The notes below the pieces were generated by a model, which was given only the letters and a program-made list of their open reading frames with translations, searched no databases and was not told where the DNA came from. Shown here piece by piece: positions 13,566-28,368 of a stretch of 64,000 nt of DNA (positions within the stretch are counted from its first letter, which is position 1; every line of letters begins with the position of its first letter). This DNA is from Chrysomallon squamiferum (lineage: Eukaryota > Animalia > Mollusca). Where the stretch lies: NCBI GenBank assembly GCA_012295275.1, contig CM022665.1, forward strand, positions 27,838,001 through 27,902,000, given 5' to 3'. Both the position numbers and the translations under genes were made by a program.

Positions 13566-14035
13566 ATGAAATTTCTGTATTTCTTTCTTTTCTGTTTGAC
13601 TGTAATCACAGTTTCAGCTGTTAGTGAGTATAATATAATTTATATTTGTTCTGAATTTTGAATTGTATTAATAATAGAGTTTATAGTTAATTTAAATACT
13701 TCTAGATCCGTTAAAAATTATGAAAAAGATACACAAGACGAATGATACAAAGAATCAGGAGAGAGAGAGAGAGAGAGAGAGAGATTATGTAAAATAGAAC
13801 TATTATTTGGTAAATATTTGTACATCTTCTCTTCAGAACGATGTTTTTTGCCAATTCGTCAAGGTCATCGCTGTGTTGGGATGAAACTGATTACTTTCCT
13901 GACTTGAGATGGTTCTACGAAAGATATTTGAACAAATGCATGAACATGCCCTATCAGGGCTGTGGTGGAAACAGTAACAGATTCGAATCCAAAGGTGAAT
14001 GTTTTGCCCAGTGCATCCATAGTGACAACAAATAA
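13566..14035 (+). pseudogene. Kunitz gene 8, frameshifted just after CysII
   Basis: Signal exon 13566-13623 (MKFLYFFLFCLTVITVSAV). Exon from 13837 reads RCFLPIRQGHRCVG, shifts frame at the GGG run 13878-13880 and stops early; DETDYFPDLRWFY...CFAQC lies in another frame. Confidence 0.72.
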
Positions 14036-14591
14036 ACAAATAAAACATTCAAAAATGAACATAGCTCAGCGCTAAAAACAAAAAACAAAAAAAAACTCAT
14101 TAATATGTACGAACCGATCATAAATATTTTTAATTATGTATTAAACTGTTGGAAAATGAAATTGTGTTTTTATGTTATTTATGTTATTTATTTATTTATT
14201 TATTTTTAAAATTAAATTTACTAGGGGTTTTTGGGGGGTGGGGGTAATAAGAATTTGTGTGAATGCAAAGAATTATATTTTATTCATTATTTAACTGACA
14301 TAATGTCGATGTTTGTTATATAAATGATATCATTTAATAATTTGTCATAAAATTATTAGTTTATAAATATATGCATGTTCAGACTTTATTTCTGGAGTTT
14401 AAAAAAGTGCTACATCATTATCTGTTATAGAAATGAGACTGACTACACTTGTGGATATCTATATTAAAACAAATACAGTGAAGTGAAATACATTTAAATG
14501 TTATTGCAATTTAAATATTTTATTATTTATTTATTTATTTATTAATATATTTGTTTGTTTGTTTGTTTGTGTATTTACGTATTTATTTATT

Positions 14592-14636
<45 letters not shown>

Positions 14637-15492
14637 TTGGGTATGCTGTATAATTAAAATATAATACTTATAACTGTTTATTAAAATGTGTTATTGCATT
14701 TCGTGTGTATAGATTCACTAAGACGATGTCAATGTTTGCTTTATAAGAAAACTTTATTAATAAAATGATTGTGTTTATTAAAATAATTTCTGGCGGTGAA
14801 GACAAAAATATCTGTGATACTTTATTAGTTACTGCTTTTATAATTAGTAGTAGTAGCAGTGGTAGCAGCAGCAGCATCAGTAACAACAGTAGTAATAGTA
14901 ATAGTATGAATCACAAGGGTTTTCAGCATATACAGACGTTTTAATTATCTCCCTTCATGTTACTATATATGGCATGCGTTCCGGACAAAATAATACGTCA
15001 CGCTTTTGTTTTACCTGTTTAGTTCTACAAACCTATCTTTTCCGATTATATCTTATTCCAGTTACTTCAAAAAACTACGTTAATTTTTCTTACCAGATAA
15101 TCATTAACAACAAATTAATGAAGCTAAAAGAACATAAAGTTAAATACTATTTTCAGCATTTTCAGAACTATTTACGACTGGCGCACTGATTTACAAATTT
15201 GGCATTGTAGTGAATGTTCAGTGCTATTTACATACTCCGGAATAGAAATGTTAATCTCTTTCTACACTAGACAAAGGTATCAGTATCTTATTGTTATTTA
15301 ATTTCGTCCGATAGTAAAATCTAATTATTTTGCTATTTAATATTTGTTCATTCATTAGAGATGGGTTTTATTAAATTAATTAATTTATTTATTTATTTAC
15401 TTACATACTTACTTGCTTATTAACATATATTTATTTATTTACTTACATACTTTCTTGCTTGCTTATTTACTTACTTATTTATTACAGACAAT

Positions 15493-15823
15493 ATGAAATT
15501 TCTCTCCTTGTTTCTTTTCTCAACGTATGTGGTCACGGTTTCAGGCGTTAGTGAGTATATGTTTTATAACTTTTCTATTATGGTTACAGAGGAATACGGG
15601 TTTGCACATCCAGCCTATATATAAAACTGAAATCATTTTCTATACAATGAACATAATACAAAATACAATTTCTATTCAGATTTAAAGCATAATATCTCTA
15701 CTATTAGTGGTACAAATAATAAATGGTATATATGTGTCTATTTATTACAGACAAAATAATTTACTGGTCAAATATTGAAGAAAATGTTTAACTATTGTTT
15801 ATTACATACACATAAATACATAC

Positions 15824-15914
<91 letters not shown>

Positions 15915-16252
15915 ATCACTGTATTTCATTTAACTTTTTTTTCTTTTTTTTATTTTATTTATTTATTTAGTCAGTTAGTCAGTCAGTTATTTTTTTATCA
16001 GATGTACATTATTTAACATATAAATATTATTTATTAAAATATTTGCATGATTTCTACACAGGTCGCTGTGAACTGCCAGTAAACAACGGTCACGTGTGTT
16101 CCGGTGATGATAATGAAGACTTCCCCGTGATGAGATGGTACTACCACATGGATTTAGATAAATGTATGAATATGCCGTACCACGGTTGTGGAGGTAACGG
16201 AAACAGATTCGCTTCCAAATTTGACTGTGTTTCTGTGTGTGTCGGTGAATAA
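15493..16252 (+). CDS. Kunitz gene 9
   Basis: Exon 15493-15550 (MKFLSLFLFSTYVVTVSGV) and exon 16062-16252 (RCELPVNNGHVCSGDDNEDFPVMRWYY...CVSVCVGE*). Confidence 0.9.
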
Positions 16253-16511
16253 AACAAGAAGATATACAGCGTGCATCACCATGTGTAATTAAAATATAAT
16301 ACAAGGGCAGAAAATGCTTGTAAATATATATTAAATTTGTTTAACAATGCTTGAGTTTGTAATGTGTTGTTGTTTTCAAAACAAAAGCATGTTTTATGTT
16401 TTGAGTCATGTGAACAATTATTATTTATAAATTTATGTTCATGTCATGACTTTATTTTGAAAATCACTATGGAGCTAAACATATATGTGTTTATTTATTT
16501 ATTTATTTATA

Positions 16512-16565
<54 letters not shown>

Positions 16566-16569
16566 ATAG

Positions 16570-16850
16570 TAGTTGTAGTACGCACGATAAAAATATTTTA
16601 AAAAGAAAGAAAAGAAGGAGCTTAAATACTTGTAGATAGTAGTAGTAGTTGTTGTTGTAGTGATAGTAGTAGTAGTATGTATGTACGAAAATATCTTTTA
16701 AAAAAAGGAGGTTGAAATACTTATAGACAGGAGTAGTAGTAGTAGTAGTAATAGTAGTTGTTGATTTTGTGGTGGTGGTAATAGTAGTACGTTCGATAAA
16801 ATCTTTAAAAAAGAAAAAGCAGGAGCTTAAATACTTGTAGGTAGTAGTAA
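16570..16850 (+). repeat. Three degenerate copies of a ~105-bp unit
   Basis: tagtacg..cgataaaaat..ttaaaaa..aggagcttaaatacttgtag..agtagta recurs near 16576, 16677 and 16786. Confidence 0.7.
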
Positions 16851-17168
16851 TATTGGTAGCAATATCACGGTCATTATTAAAAATAAGTGGTTAAAATCTG
16901 CCCCTTTAGTTTTTATCAGAATATATGGTAATCCTGGTTATCTCCCTTCACGTTACTATAAATACCATGCTTTTTAGACAAATAAATATACGTCATGCTT
17001 TTATTTACCCTCTGCTTTGAAATATTATGCCTTTTCCATTCGTCATTGTTTATATTCTGTTATGATTATTTCCCTAAACAATCAGTAATTTGTATAAAAA
17101 AAATTAATGTTATATACAATATATTCGGAACTATTTACGTTTGGCGCAGTTTTATACATAATTACATT

Positions 17169-17785
<617 letters not shown>

Positions 17786-18509
17786 TAAAAAAAAAATTCA
17801 ATATGCATATAGATGGTGTTATAATAAAAGTGTAATGTATACTGATAGTAAATATTTATATATATTAAAATATTTGAACAAAACCTGTTTCATGTTTTGT
17901 ATTAATATTTATAAAAGGATGGTGTTTTATATTTCCATTTTTTACAAAAGAACTTCGAAAATTAGTCATTATTATTCGTGCCTTCTAAATTACATTTAAT
18001 TTAATGTGATATTAAAATACACTGCGGTATGAAACACATTCTGACGTCATTCCTTAATACGTCATTTATTTGTATACCTTTTGCTTGTAATACACTTCTT
18101 TTACTTAAATCAGTTATTTCTGGGTATTTTATTTTCTTAATTTTTGTCACTGTAACTGAATATTATTTAAAACAAATAAAATTTAAAGTAAAAAACAAAT
18201 GAGTTGCATCCTAAGCACTGTTTAAAAGTTATTGCCTTTTTTTTTATCAAGTAATGCTGTGGATTAAAAAAACAATTCATAGCTATAATCTGAACACTAT
18301 TCAAAAAAACTGAAATTGCTTCAACAGAGAGGTATGTTTTTATATTAATAATTATTTTAATGATTTATATATACTGATAAATACTGCTGTTGGTAACATT
18401 ATAAGAATCGATTACATGTATTTTATATATCTATATAAGTCAGAGGCACATTCTGGAAAGCTGTGTTATTAATAATTATGAATAATTCTGGTTTTAATAT
18501 TTCAGATTC

Positions 18510-18793
18510 ATGATGAGAATATTAACTGTCTTTATACTGCTGATGTTTGTCACCGGTGTTTATTCTGCTATTGGTGAGTAGTCCTCTGTCTCTCTTACTG
18601 TATATGTCTCTCTGTAACCAAGGCTTTGTTTATGTACATATTTTCCTGTCTCTGTATCAGTCTTATTTTATGTTTCTATAATTTCCAGTCAGTGTTTACT
18701 CTTTCTGTCATTTCGTTTGCGTATGTAAACTTAATAAGTGTGATGGTCGTTATGATAGTAATAGTGTCAGTGTTATTACTATTGTTGCTATTG

Positions 18794-18860
<67 letters not shown>

Positions 18861-19095
18861 ATATCCAGCCCGGTGCAGCATGCCCATTGATCAAGGAAAG
18901 CTCTGTCCGGGAGATGATCTTTTGGATGATGAGGACGATGATGATGAAGATATCAGCCCGCCGATAGAGCGATGGTTTTACGACATGAAGCTGGATGTGT
19001 GTAAGAAACTGGCGTATCTCGGTTGTGGAGGAAATCGAAACAGATTTGCAACAAGAACTGCGTGTGTCAATCTTTGCGTTAGTGACAACATCTAG
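18510..19095 (+). CDS. Kunitz gene 11, long poly-Asp loop
   Basis: Exon 18510-18573 (MMRILTVFILLMFVTGVYSAI) and exon 18869-19095 (RCSMPIDQGKLCPGDDLLDDEDDDDEDISPPIERWFY...CVNLCVSDNI*). Confidence 0.9.
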
Positions 19096-19288
19096 TGTAA
19101 AAAGCAGAAAGGAAAGAACACAAAAAACACAAGAAGAAGATTAATAACAGTATAAATAATAATAATAATAATAATTAAATTTAAACAGGAAAACAAAGAA
19201 AAGAAAGAAAATTAAAGATTAAAGCACTGAGAAAATCTTCCTATTGTTGTTGTCATTTTATTTATTTGTGTATTTGCTTTTTGTCCTC

Positions 19289-19319
<31 letters not shown>

Positions 19320-19787
19320 TTTTATTTTATTTTATTTTTCATTTTTTGTTATTATCATTTATGGACCACTCAAACAGTTAATTCACGTATATTGATTTCA
19401 TTTTATCCTACACTAATTACACATCAAAACAAAATAGTTCTTACAAAACAGTAATTTATTCCTTATTTTTTTAAATGAACACTGTTTTCAATATACATTT
19501 TGTTATACACATTTTGTCATATACGCATACATACACACATTTTGGAAATTTATTAATTATGCAGATACAATTTAAAGGCAATATATTTTATAAAGAATTG
19601 CATATTTGTTCATATTGTTTACTTTTAATTACACACACACACACACACACACACATTTGTCATATTTATTTATGTATTTATTTATTTATTTTTGTTTTGT
19701 AAGAAAGGTTTTAACGAAAGTAAGATTATTAAAAGTCCGAAAACGAGCGAATAACATAATAATAAAAGGAAAAAGGAAAGCATAACA

Positions 19788-19824
<37 letters not shown>

Positions 19825-19945
19825 GGAAAGAATCTTTTAATGAAAAAAACAACTACTACACATTTATTTATTGTTTATGTCACTGAAGGTGCCATTCTTT
19901 TTTTCTTTCTTTGTTACATATTATAAATAAACATATATATACACA

Positions 19946-19987
<42 letters not shown>

Positions 19988-20153
19988 TGGATATTATTAT
20001 TATTAATTAATTATTATAGATTAATTCATTTACTGACGTATATTTATTTTCATTTTTAAATACTTTTTCGGTTTTGTTGTTGGTTTTCTTTACTATTCAT
20101 ATGTCAGTTTTCTTTCCATCTTCATTTTGTATCGTCATCTCTGACATTACCTT

Positions 20154-20172
20154 TGACATCAAAATTACGTCA
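20154..20172 (+). promoter_or_regulatory. Representative TGACATCA...TTACGTCA upstream module (gene 12)
   Basis: TTACGTCA also at 21538, 24776, 26258, 27833/27844, 29119, 30436, 34213, 35641, 40968, 42261, 43805 and 45299, each upstream of a Kunitz gene. Confidence 0.65.
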
Positions 20173-20584
20173 TACAATTTTTTAATAACAAGTCGTTTGT
20201 ATGTATAATTGATATTTCTTAACAACGAAACCTGTCGAATGTAAGTAAAAATAATCAAACAACATAACGAATAATGTAATAACAAAAGAAAAATCATCAA
20301 AAACAAAGAGAAAAATTAAAAATTAAAACACGAACTATTTCGAATTATTATTATTATTATTCTGCTAAACTTTTCGGCATATTTATACACCATTATTTTT
20401 GCAAACTCTTAGAAGCAGTCGTTGATAGAACAATGTATCACTAATTAATTACTAGATACATACATACCTCGAAAAATTACAGTACATTATTATGAGTACA
20501 ACAGTGAGTATTCGTTATTCTTGGTGGTATTTTATGTAATTTGAATATTGTGTTTAATACTTTTTATAATATTTCAGACTGACA

Positions 20585-21204
20585 ATGCAAATCGTGTTTT
20601 TATTGTTGATGTTATTCTTCTCTTCGGGCCTGTCTATTAATAGTGAGTAACTTAGCACTTTTATGTGTGTCTGTGTGTGTGTGTGTGTCTCTGTGTGTGT
20701 TTATCTTCTTTTATTATTCTTATACGTGTATGTATGTGTGTATTATATTATATTATATTATATTATATAAACAAACAAAACAGAGACACATAATTAACAA
20801 TATTCAAAGGTGAGATAACACTGCAACAACAAAAAATTAGTTTTCTGAGTGTTCTCAAATAGATGAACCATCGATATAGACCAATGTATACATTCATGAA
20901 AGAGCAGGAACAGTACAAACGTTCGTCTCCTTTATGCTGTGTTCTGTTACATAAACAGATACTACTGTTGCATTATTATCATTATTTTTATTATTATTTC
21001 TTTTGATGCACAGGACTCTGTGATATGCCTATCAGACAAGGCAGAGCCTGTCCGGAAGATGACGAGGATCCGAATCCTATTTTTCGGTGGTATTATGACT
21101 CAAAATTGGATATCTGCAAACGCTTGCCGTACTATGGATGCGGAGGAAACGGAAACCGGTTTAAAAATAAACGAGCATGTGTTGACATGTGTGTCGAAGA
21201 CTAG
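20585..21204 (+). CDS. Kunitz gene 12
   Basis: Exon 20585-20642 (MQIVFLLLMLFFSSGLSIN) and exon 21014-21204 (LCDMPIRQGRACPEDDEDPNPIFRWYYDSKLDICKRLPYYGCGGNGNRFKNKRACVDMCVED*). Confidence 0.9.
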
Positions 21205-21938
21205 ATAGTGTCAACAGAATTGTTTATATATACATGTTTCGTTCATATACATGTTTTGTCTAAAACAAATTGATATACGATGTTATATTTATTGAATTTG
21301 TTTTATATATATATATGTATATACAATTCACTTTTTATTCGTATTAAATTATTTTATAAGCAGATGTAATTTTGTTGTCTGTACGTTTGAAAGTTTGATC
21401 TTGAAGTGTGATGCTTTTTAATTTTTATGTGGTTTTATCTTGTTGTTGTTGTCGTCGTTGTCGCATATTTGTTTATGATTTCGCTTTCACTACCTAAACG
21501 GTACATCGTTATTTATTACATCATCACTGCATCAGTATTACGTCATTGACCGTTTTGCAAGTATTCAACCTGTTTTCAGTGTCAGTGAAATTAATTCTTT
21601 AAAACAGCAAGAAAAAAGCAAACAACAGAAACAACAGCAACAACAAAATAATAATAATAATAATAACAAAATAAAATTTCTTAATAATCAATTGAAGTCA
21701 ACATGTTCTAACTATACAGCATTTTCACGCATCATCATTACTTGTAAACTAACAAAACCACAGTGAAAATAATAAAGTCAGTTCTGGAAATTTGTAAATA
21801 CTTTCTAACTACCTTTTAAAATATTAAAAGTTTTTGAATTTATTTATTATAGGCTTACAACATTGCCCATTCTCTATTTGGGATATGTTATGTCTGGATA
21901 CATAAATATTAATATTTATAAAAACATTTCAGATGGCG

Positions 21939-22089
21939 ATGAAGATTTTGTTCTTATTGCTGGTGTCATTCTTGGCTTCCAAAGTTTCTGCTCAAAGTAT
22001 ATATTTTATCAATATAACCTTCTTCTTTTAATATCATTTTCTATTCTTCTTCTTCTTCTTCTTCTTCTTCTTCTTCTTCTTCTTCTTTC

Positions 22090-22131
<42 letters not shown>

Positions 22132-22235
22132 TGTGTGTTTGTTTATATTTATTATTGCGAAACTCTTTTATTCTTCAAATGTAAATCATTTTGCGTTTAA
22201 TATTATTACTGATGTTGTTGTTGTTGAACTTATGC

Positions 22236-22266
<31 letters not shown>

Positions 22267-24092
22267 CATACATACATACATACATGCATACGTACATACA
22301 TACAAACATACATACGTACCTAAACACATACATGCATACATACATGGTAAATTTCTCGATGACGCACGTTACATTTAGAGCTGTTGGAGAATATTCCAAC
22401 TGTTCTGTTTGCTGGAGTCGTCCTTGCAGAAACATGGCCCTCAGTAACAGACTTACCTGTGTATACATCTATTTGGTGTCACAGAGAAAAGAGCCCAAAG
22501 GTATATATTGCTTAACACGTAATGATGGATGTTACATCAAAAGAACATGGGTGAAAACCAGCTAAGTTTATTTCAAAATTGTCTGAAATCTATAAATTGT
22601 ATAAATAAATGTTTGCTATCAGTGTGAAAGTGAAAGTCTATAGAAGATTACCAGTTTTAATTCAATTTGAAAACAATAAATAAGAAAAATATTATTACAT
22701 AATTGGGCGTGACTGAGGGATGTTATATTTTGTCCGCTAACATAACACGAAGTTCTCTGTCCGTATCAACCAGTGCCTGGTTCACAACTGTGATGATAAA
22801 ATCATTTTAATGTTGTGATTAATCACAATGGGGATCTCTTCATTATACTTTATCACTCGTCAGTGGTGAGGAAGTGGGACCGAGCAGTTCCTCTGATGGT
22901 TGTGGCATCAGCAAATATCTCTTTCAATTTTAGGGCCTTATTTCATTTTTCTCTGTCGGGAGGCATTCATAAATACACTGACCCTAGCCATCTCAACAAA
23001 GGAAGATGCGTGCTTCACCACCATTGTCTTCCTCTGTTTCTCTGCATCCTCGACGTACCGTTTCACAGCGCCACCTGTACCATCAACAGGCCCCTTGCCA
23101 TGAGAAGTGATAAAGAAATTGCAGTGAATATTTTTGTTATGATTTTCTTGTTGCGAAAACATAGCAGCTGCTATGAAGCGGTTTTTTAATTTTGACGCTG
23201 GTCCGTCAGACCAAATCGATAAAGTTTGGACTGAATTAGGGATCATTTCAAAGAGCATATCAAGATATGCTACGATAGTGTTTTTCAAATATGCAAGATT
23301 ATCATATGCTATGACAACTGAGTGCAGTATGGTAGTATACTACATCGCTGCCGTAAGAAAGGCTCAGATCAAGACTGACTAATATATTTTTTAAATGTGC
23401 CTTGGCTAGTACTAAGAGAATTAGAAAGAACATGATTATATATCTTCAGCTTTTCTTCTCACACAAACAATTTAGGGTTTTTTGTGATGGATGTTACAAT
23501 GACTGGCCAGACTATTTCAAATGCAGTATTTAATTATATATTTCCAGAAATTATTTAAACTTCCTTATTCTTTAAACTGATGCTATGGACTATATAAACT
23601 GAGTGAAATGGAGTGTCAAAGCCAGCTTAGTGTCAGTGATTTGATAAGGTTAATATTCCTAACACTGGGTAGTCTGAAGTACTGAAATTTTTGTTTCCTT
23701 TTTGTCTATTGAGCCAGGGAATTGCCCACATACATATATACATAAATACCTACAGACATACAAAAATTACATAAGTATATAAATACATACCTGTAAGAAT
23801 GCATACATAACCACAACCATACAAGTTTCTAGCTCTACTAAGCTGTACTGTTTACATTTTGTTACTATTTGTACTGTGACACATATTTGTTTTAGGCACA
23901 GATCGTTGTGAAATGCCCATCAAACAAGGTATAGTCTGTTTGGATATGGTCGAAGTTCCCCTTCCCGTGTTTCGATGGTTTTATGACGAAAAATCAGTTC
24001 GATGTAAACGGTTACCTTACTTTGGATGCGGAGGAAACGCAAACCGGTTTAAAACCAAAGATACTTGCATTGACACGTGTATCGAAGACTAG
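21939..24092 (+). CDS. Kunitz gene 13, with a transposon in its intron
   Basis: Exon 21939-21996 (alternative in-frame ATG at 21933; MKILFLLLVSFLASKVSAQ; weak donor GTATAT) and exon 23896/23902-24092 (RCEMPIKQGIVCLDMVEVPLPVFRWFY...CIDTCIED*). Confidence 0.75.
22346..23727 (-). mobile_element. Decayed DNA transposon with a Sola2-like DDD transposase remnant
   Basis: ORF 22938-23288 has WSDGPASKLKNRF and NFFITSHGKGPVDGTGGAVKR. Ends GGTAAATTTC / GGAATTGCCC form an imperfect TIR, with ACAT on both flanks. Subfamily assigned from recalled motifs. Confidence 0.7.
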
Positions 24093-24122
24093 ATAATACC
24101 AACACAACTGTTTTATTTATTT

Positions 24123-24188
<66 letters not shown>

Positions 24189-25152
24189 GTTTCGTGTAGA
24201 ACTTTTGTTCATTATCTATTTATATATGAAGATGTATTTACTGAATTTGTACAATTTATATATTTATTAAATTATTTTAAAAGCAATTGTAGTTTTGTTG
24301 TTCGTACAAACGCTTTATGTGGATATTCCTACTTTCTTACATTAATTTCTGATAACGTAATGTGTTTGAAAATCTATTATGTTTTTTTTTATGATTTATA
24401 TACAATACATTCCAAAATTGTTTATACAATCACGGGTTATTTAATAGGATTTTGGGGTGGAATTTGGTGTTTTTTAACATTTCATGTCGCTTTTATCGTG
24501 TTGTTGTTTCTGTTGCTGGGGATGAGTTGTTGTTAATTTTTTTGTGATTGATAAAAAAATTCTGCCTTTTTGATTTCCGTTCAACGTTAAAATATTCATT
24601 ATATAACCACAATTCAATGACAACGGTAGGAGTTAAAATGTGTCGGATTTTAACTTTTTATGTTATTTTATTATGCTGCTGTTGATGTTTTTGATGAATT
24701 TTATTCGTTCTTGAGTTATCTTTCCCTACTTATGTATTGGCCATCGTCATTTCTTACCTCATCAGTGCATCAATATTACGTCATAGGCTGTCAGTCGCAT
24801 ACCTGTGCCGAACAAATATTAAACCTGTTGTCAGCGACAGTAAAATTATTCTTTGAAACTGCAAACAAGGAAAGAAGAAGAAGAATGATACAAAAAGGTA
24901 AGAAATTTTCCGAATGATAAATTAAAATTAACTTGTTTTACTTACACAGAATTCTCACACGTTGTTATTAAATACAAATGCTCAAAACCGCAGTAATGAA
25001 ATAATAAGGTAAGTTCTGGAAATTTAAAAAAACAATTTCTAACTACTTTTCTTAGCATATTAATTTTTTTAAAATTTTTATTGATTATACAAATAGATGT
25101 TTTATATCTGAATACGTATAAATTAATATTCATAAAATATTTCAGACTGACA

Positions 25153-25763
25153 ATGAATATTTTGTTCCCATTGCTGATGTTGCTCTTCGCTTCCAACGTT
25201 TCTGATCAAAGTAAATTTCTTGTTGATTTAATCTTTTTCTTCACCTATTTTTTTTTTCTTTTCCTTTCTTTTATTTTCTTTTATTATATTTTCTTTTTGT
25301 TCTTTTTGTTTTCATTTATTTTTAATGTGGCGAAACCTGTTTTTAATTCTTCCAATAAAAAATATTTTGTGCTTATTATTATTATTGTTCTTGTTATACT
25401 TCACGTACAAAATATACACACACACACACATACATACATACATACATACCTATATACCTATATATATGTGATTATATTCATGATCATAACACATTTTATG
25501 ACTGTATTAAGCACTACTGTTTAAACAGTTGTTACTATTCTTACTCTAATGACATATTTCTTTCAGACATAAATCGTTGTGAAATGCCCATCAAACAAGG
25601 GGAAATCTGTCCGGATGAGGACGAGGTCCCGATTCCCGCTTTTCGGTTTTTTTACGATGAAAATAAAAATAAGTGCAAACGGTTACCATACTTTGGATGC
25701 GGAGGAAACGAAAACAGGTTTAAAACTAAAGAAGCTTGTATTGCCATGTGTGCAGAGGACTAA
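25153..25763 (+). CDS. Kunitz gene 14
   Basis: Exon 25153-25210 (MNILFPLLMLLFASNVSDQ) and exon 25567-25763 (INRCEMPIKQGEICPDEDEVPIPAFRFFYDENKNKCKRLPYFGCGGNENRF...CIAMCAED*). Confidence 0.87.
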
Positions 25764-26624
25764 GAGCTATACATAATATGATATATATTTACTGAACTGT
25801 AAAGTTCACTGTTTGTTCCTATTAAATTATTGTAAAAGCAGATATAATTTTGTTATCTATGCAAATGCTTTGTTTATAACATTTCCGTTATACAGTCCAT
25901 TATTAACAATATTTGGCGTTGAAGTGTCATGTTGTTCGTTTTCTTTGTGTGTTTGTTTGTTGTTGTTTTTCTTGTCCATTTTTGTGTGTGTTTTTGTCTT
26001 GTTTGTGTGTGTGTGTGTGTTTTGTTTTTGTTTTTGTTTTTTTTTTTGTTTTGTTTGTTATGTTGGGTTTATTTGGGGGAGTTTTGAGGGTCGTATGCTG
26101 TTTTTTTGTTGCTGACGATGCTATTGTTGTTTTTGTTTTGTTTTTTGTTTTTTTTTTTCTTTTTTTCTTTTTTCTTATTTATTATTATTTGTTTATGATT
26201 TCGCTTTCACTACCTAAACGGTACATCGTTATTTATTACATCATCACTGCATCAGTATTACGTCATTGGCCGTTTTGCAAGTATTCAACTTATTTTCAGT
26301 GTCAGTGAAATTAATTCTTTAAAATAGCAAGAAAAATAAATAACAATGATAATAATATAATAACTAAATAAAATTTCTGAATAATCAATTAAAGTCAAGT
26401 TATTCTAACTATCGAGCATCTGCACACGTCATTATAACTTGTAAACCATCAAACAACAGTTGAAATAATAACGTAAGTTTATTTTAAAATAATTTAAGAT
26501 ACTTTTTAGAATTCTAAGTTTTTAAATGTATTTATTATACAACACTGCTGATTCTGTAGTCAAAATATTTATATTTGCTTACTTATAAATTAATATTTAT
26601 TTTAAAAAATATTTCAGACAAACA

Positions 26625-27322
26625 ATGAAAATTTTGTTCTTATTGCTGCTGCTGTTCTACGTTTCCAACATTTATGCTCAAGGTAAGTATCTTGCTAACA
26701 TATATTTTTGTCTTTTAATACATCCCTGTCTTATTTTTATGCTATTTTCCTTTTCTTTTTCTTGTGTCTGCTATAATATTATTGCTGTCGTTGTTGTTGT
26801 TTGGTTGTTGTTATTCTTCCGTGCATACATAATACATACACACATACTACATACATATATACATACACACACACACACACATACATACATACATACATAC
26901 ATACATACATACATACATACATACATACATACATAGATACATACATATACATACACTTACAGATACACACGCACATACATACATATATGCATACACAGAT
27001 ACACACACGCATACATACATACACTCACAAGCACATATACATACATACAAACATAGACACATTCCTATATAGATATCTCTGATCTTAAAATGCGTTAAAC
27101 TGTATGTTGCTTACATTTGTTTCAGGCACAGGTCGCTGTGAAATGCCCATCAAGCAAGGGGAACCCTGTCCCGAGGAGGACGAGGAACCGGTGCCCATTT
27201 TCCGATGGTTTTATGATGAAATAAAAGATCGGTGCAAACGCTTGCCATACTATGGATGCGGAGGAAACGGAAACCGGTTTAAAACCAAAGCTGCGTGTAA
27301 CGAAATGTGCGTCGATGACTAG
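26625..27322 (+). CDS. Kunitz gene 15
   Basis: Exon 26625-26682 (MKILFLLLLLFYVSNIYAQ, donor GTAAGT) and exon 27126/27132-27322 (RCEMPIKQGEPCPEEDEEPVPIFRWFY...CNEMCVDD*). Confidence 0.9.
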
Positions 27323-27624
27323 ATAGTCTCACCTCAGATGTTTTATCCGTTTTTATTATTTATTTTTAATATACAAATTTTGTCCATAATATATTTGTAA
27401 ATGTAATATGTTTATTGAAGGTTTTTTGTTCAAATCACTATTTACAGGCAATAAAGTGTTGCAAAAACAGCTGTTTGTAGTCTGTATAAATGTTTTATGT
27501 TCGTCAATTTATGTTTTATAACAACATTTTTAAATTCATTACACAATCATAGAGTATTGATACGGTTTGGGACTGCAGTATAGTGCTTTTTTTATTTTTA
27601 TTTTTTTATTTATTTATTGTATTA

Positions 27625-27660
<36 letters not shown>

Positions 27661-28368
27661 GAAGTAGTAGTAGTAGTACTAGTAATAGTAGTAATAGTAG
27701 TAATAGTAATGATAATAACAGCAGTAATAGTAGTAGTAACAGAATTTATTTATTTATTTTTCTGCCTTTGATGTTGTTCATTCGTTATTTATTTATTCCT
27801 ACATATATTGGGAACCGTCATCTTTTACATCATTACGTCAATATTACGTCATAGGCCCTCAGCCAGGTGTCTTGCGAGCATTCAACCTATTGTCGGTGGC
27901 AGTACCAATTATTCTATAAAACAGAAATAAAGATAAGAATAATAACAATAACAATGTACTAAAAGTAAATTCCTGAATCATCAATTGATAGCACTTTCGA
28001 AAAATGTATTAAGAAAAGCAAATTGTTCTAACTATAAAACAACTTCATAGTTCATTATATCTTAGACTATCGGGCTTGAAGTCACTCACTGTCACAGTCG
28101 CAATAATAAGGTAACTTTAGAATATTTACAAATAATTTTTAAATATCTTTTTTAAAATTTCTTTCTTTTTCTTTCTTCTTCTTCTTTTTTTTCTTCTTCT
28201 TCTTCTTCTTCTTCTTCTTCTTCTTCTTCTTCTTCTTTTTCTTCTTCTTCATTTATTATTAATTTTTGAAAAAAGAATGTTAAATATTTGTAAAATACAT
28301 TTATTATGTTCTATAGCGGAATATATAAATATTAATATTTATTTTAAATAAAATATTTCAGATTAACA

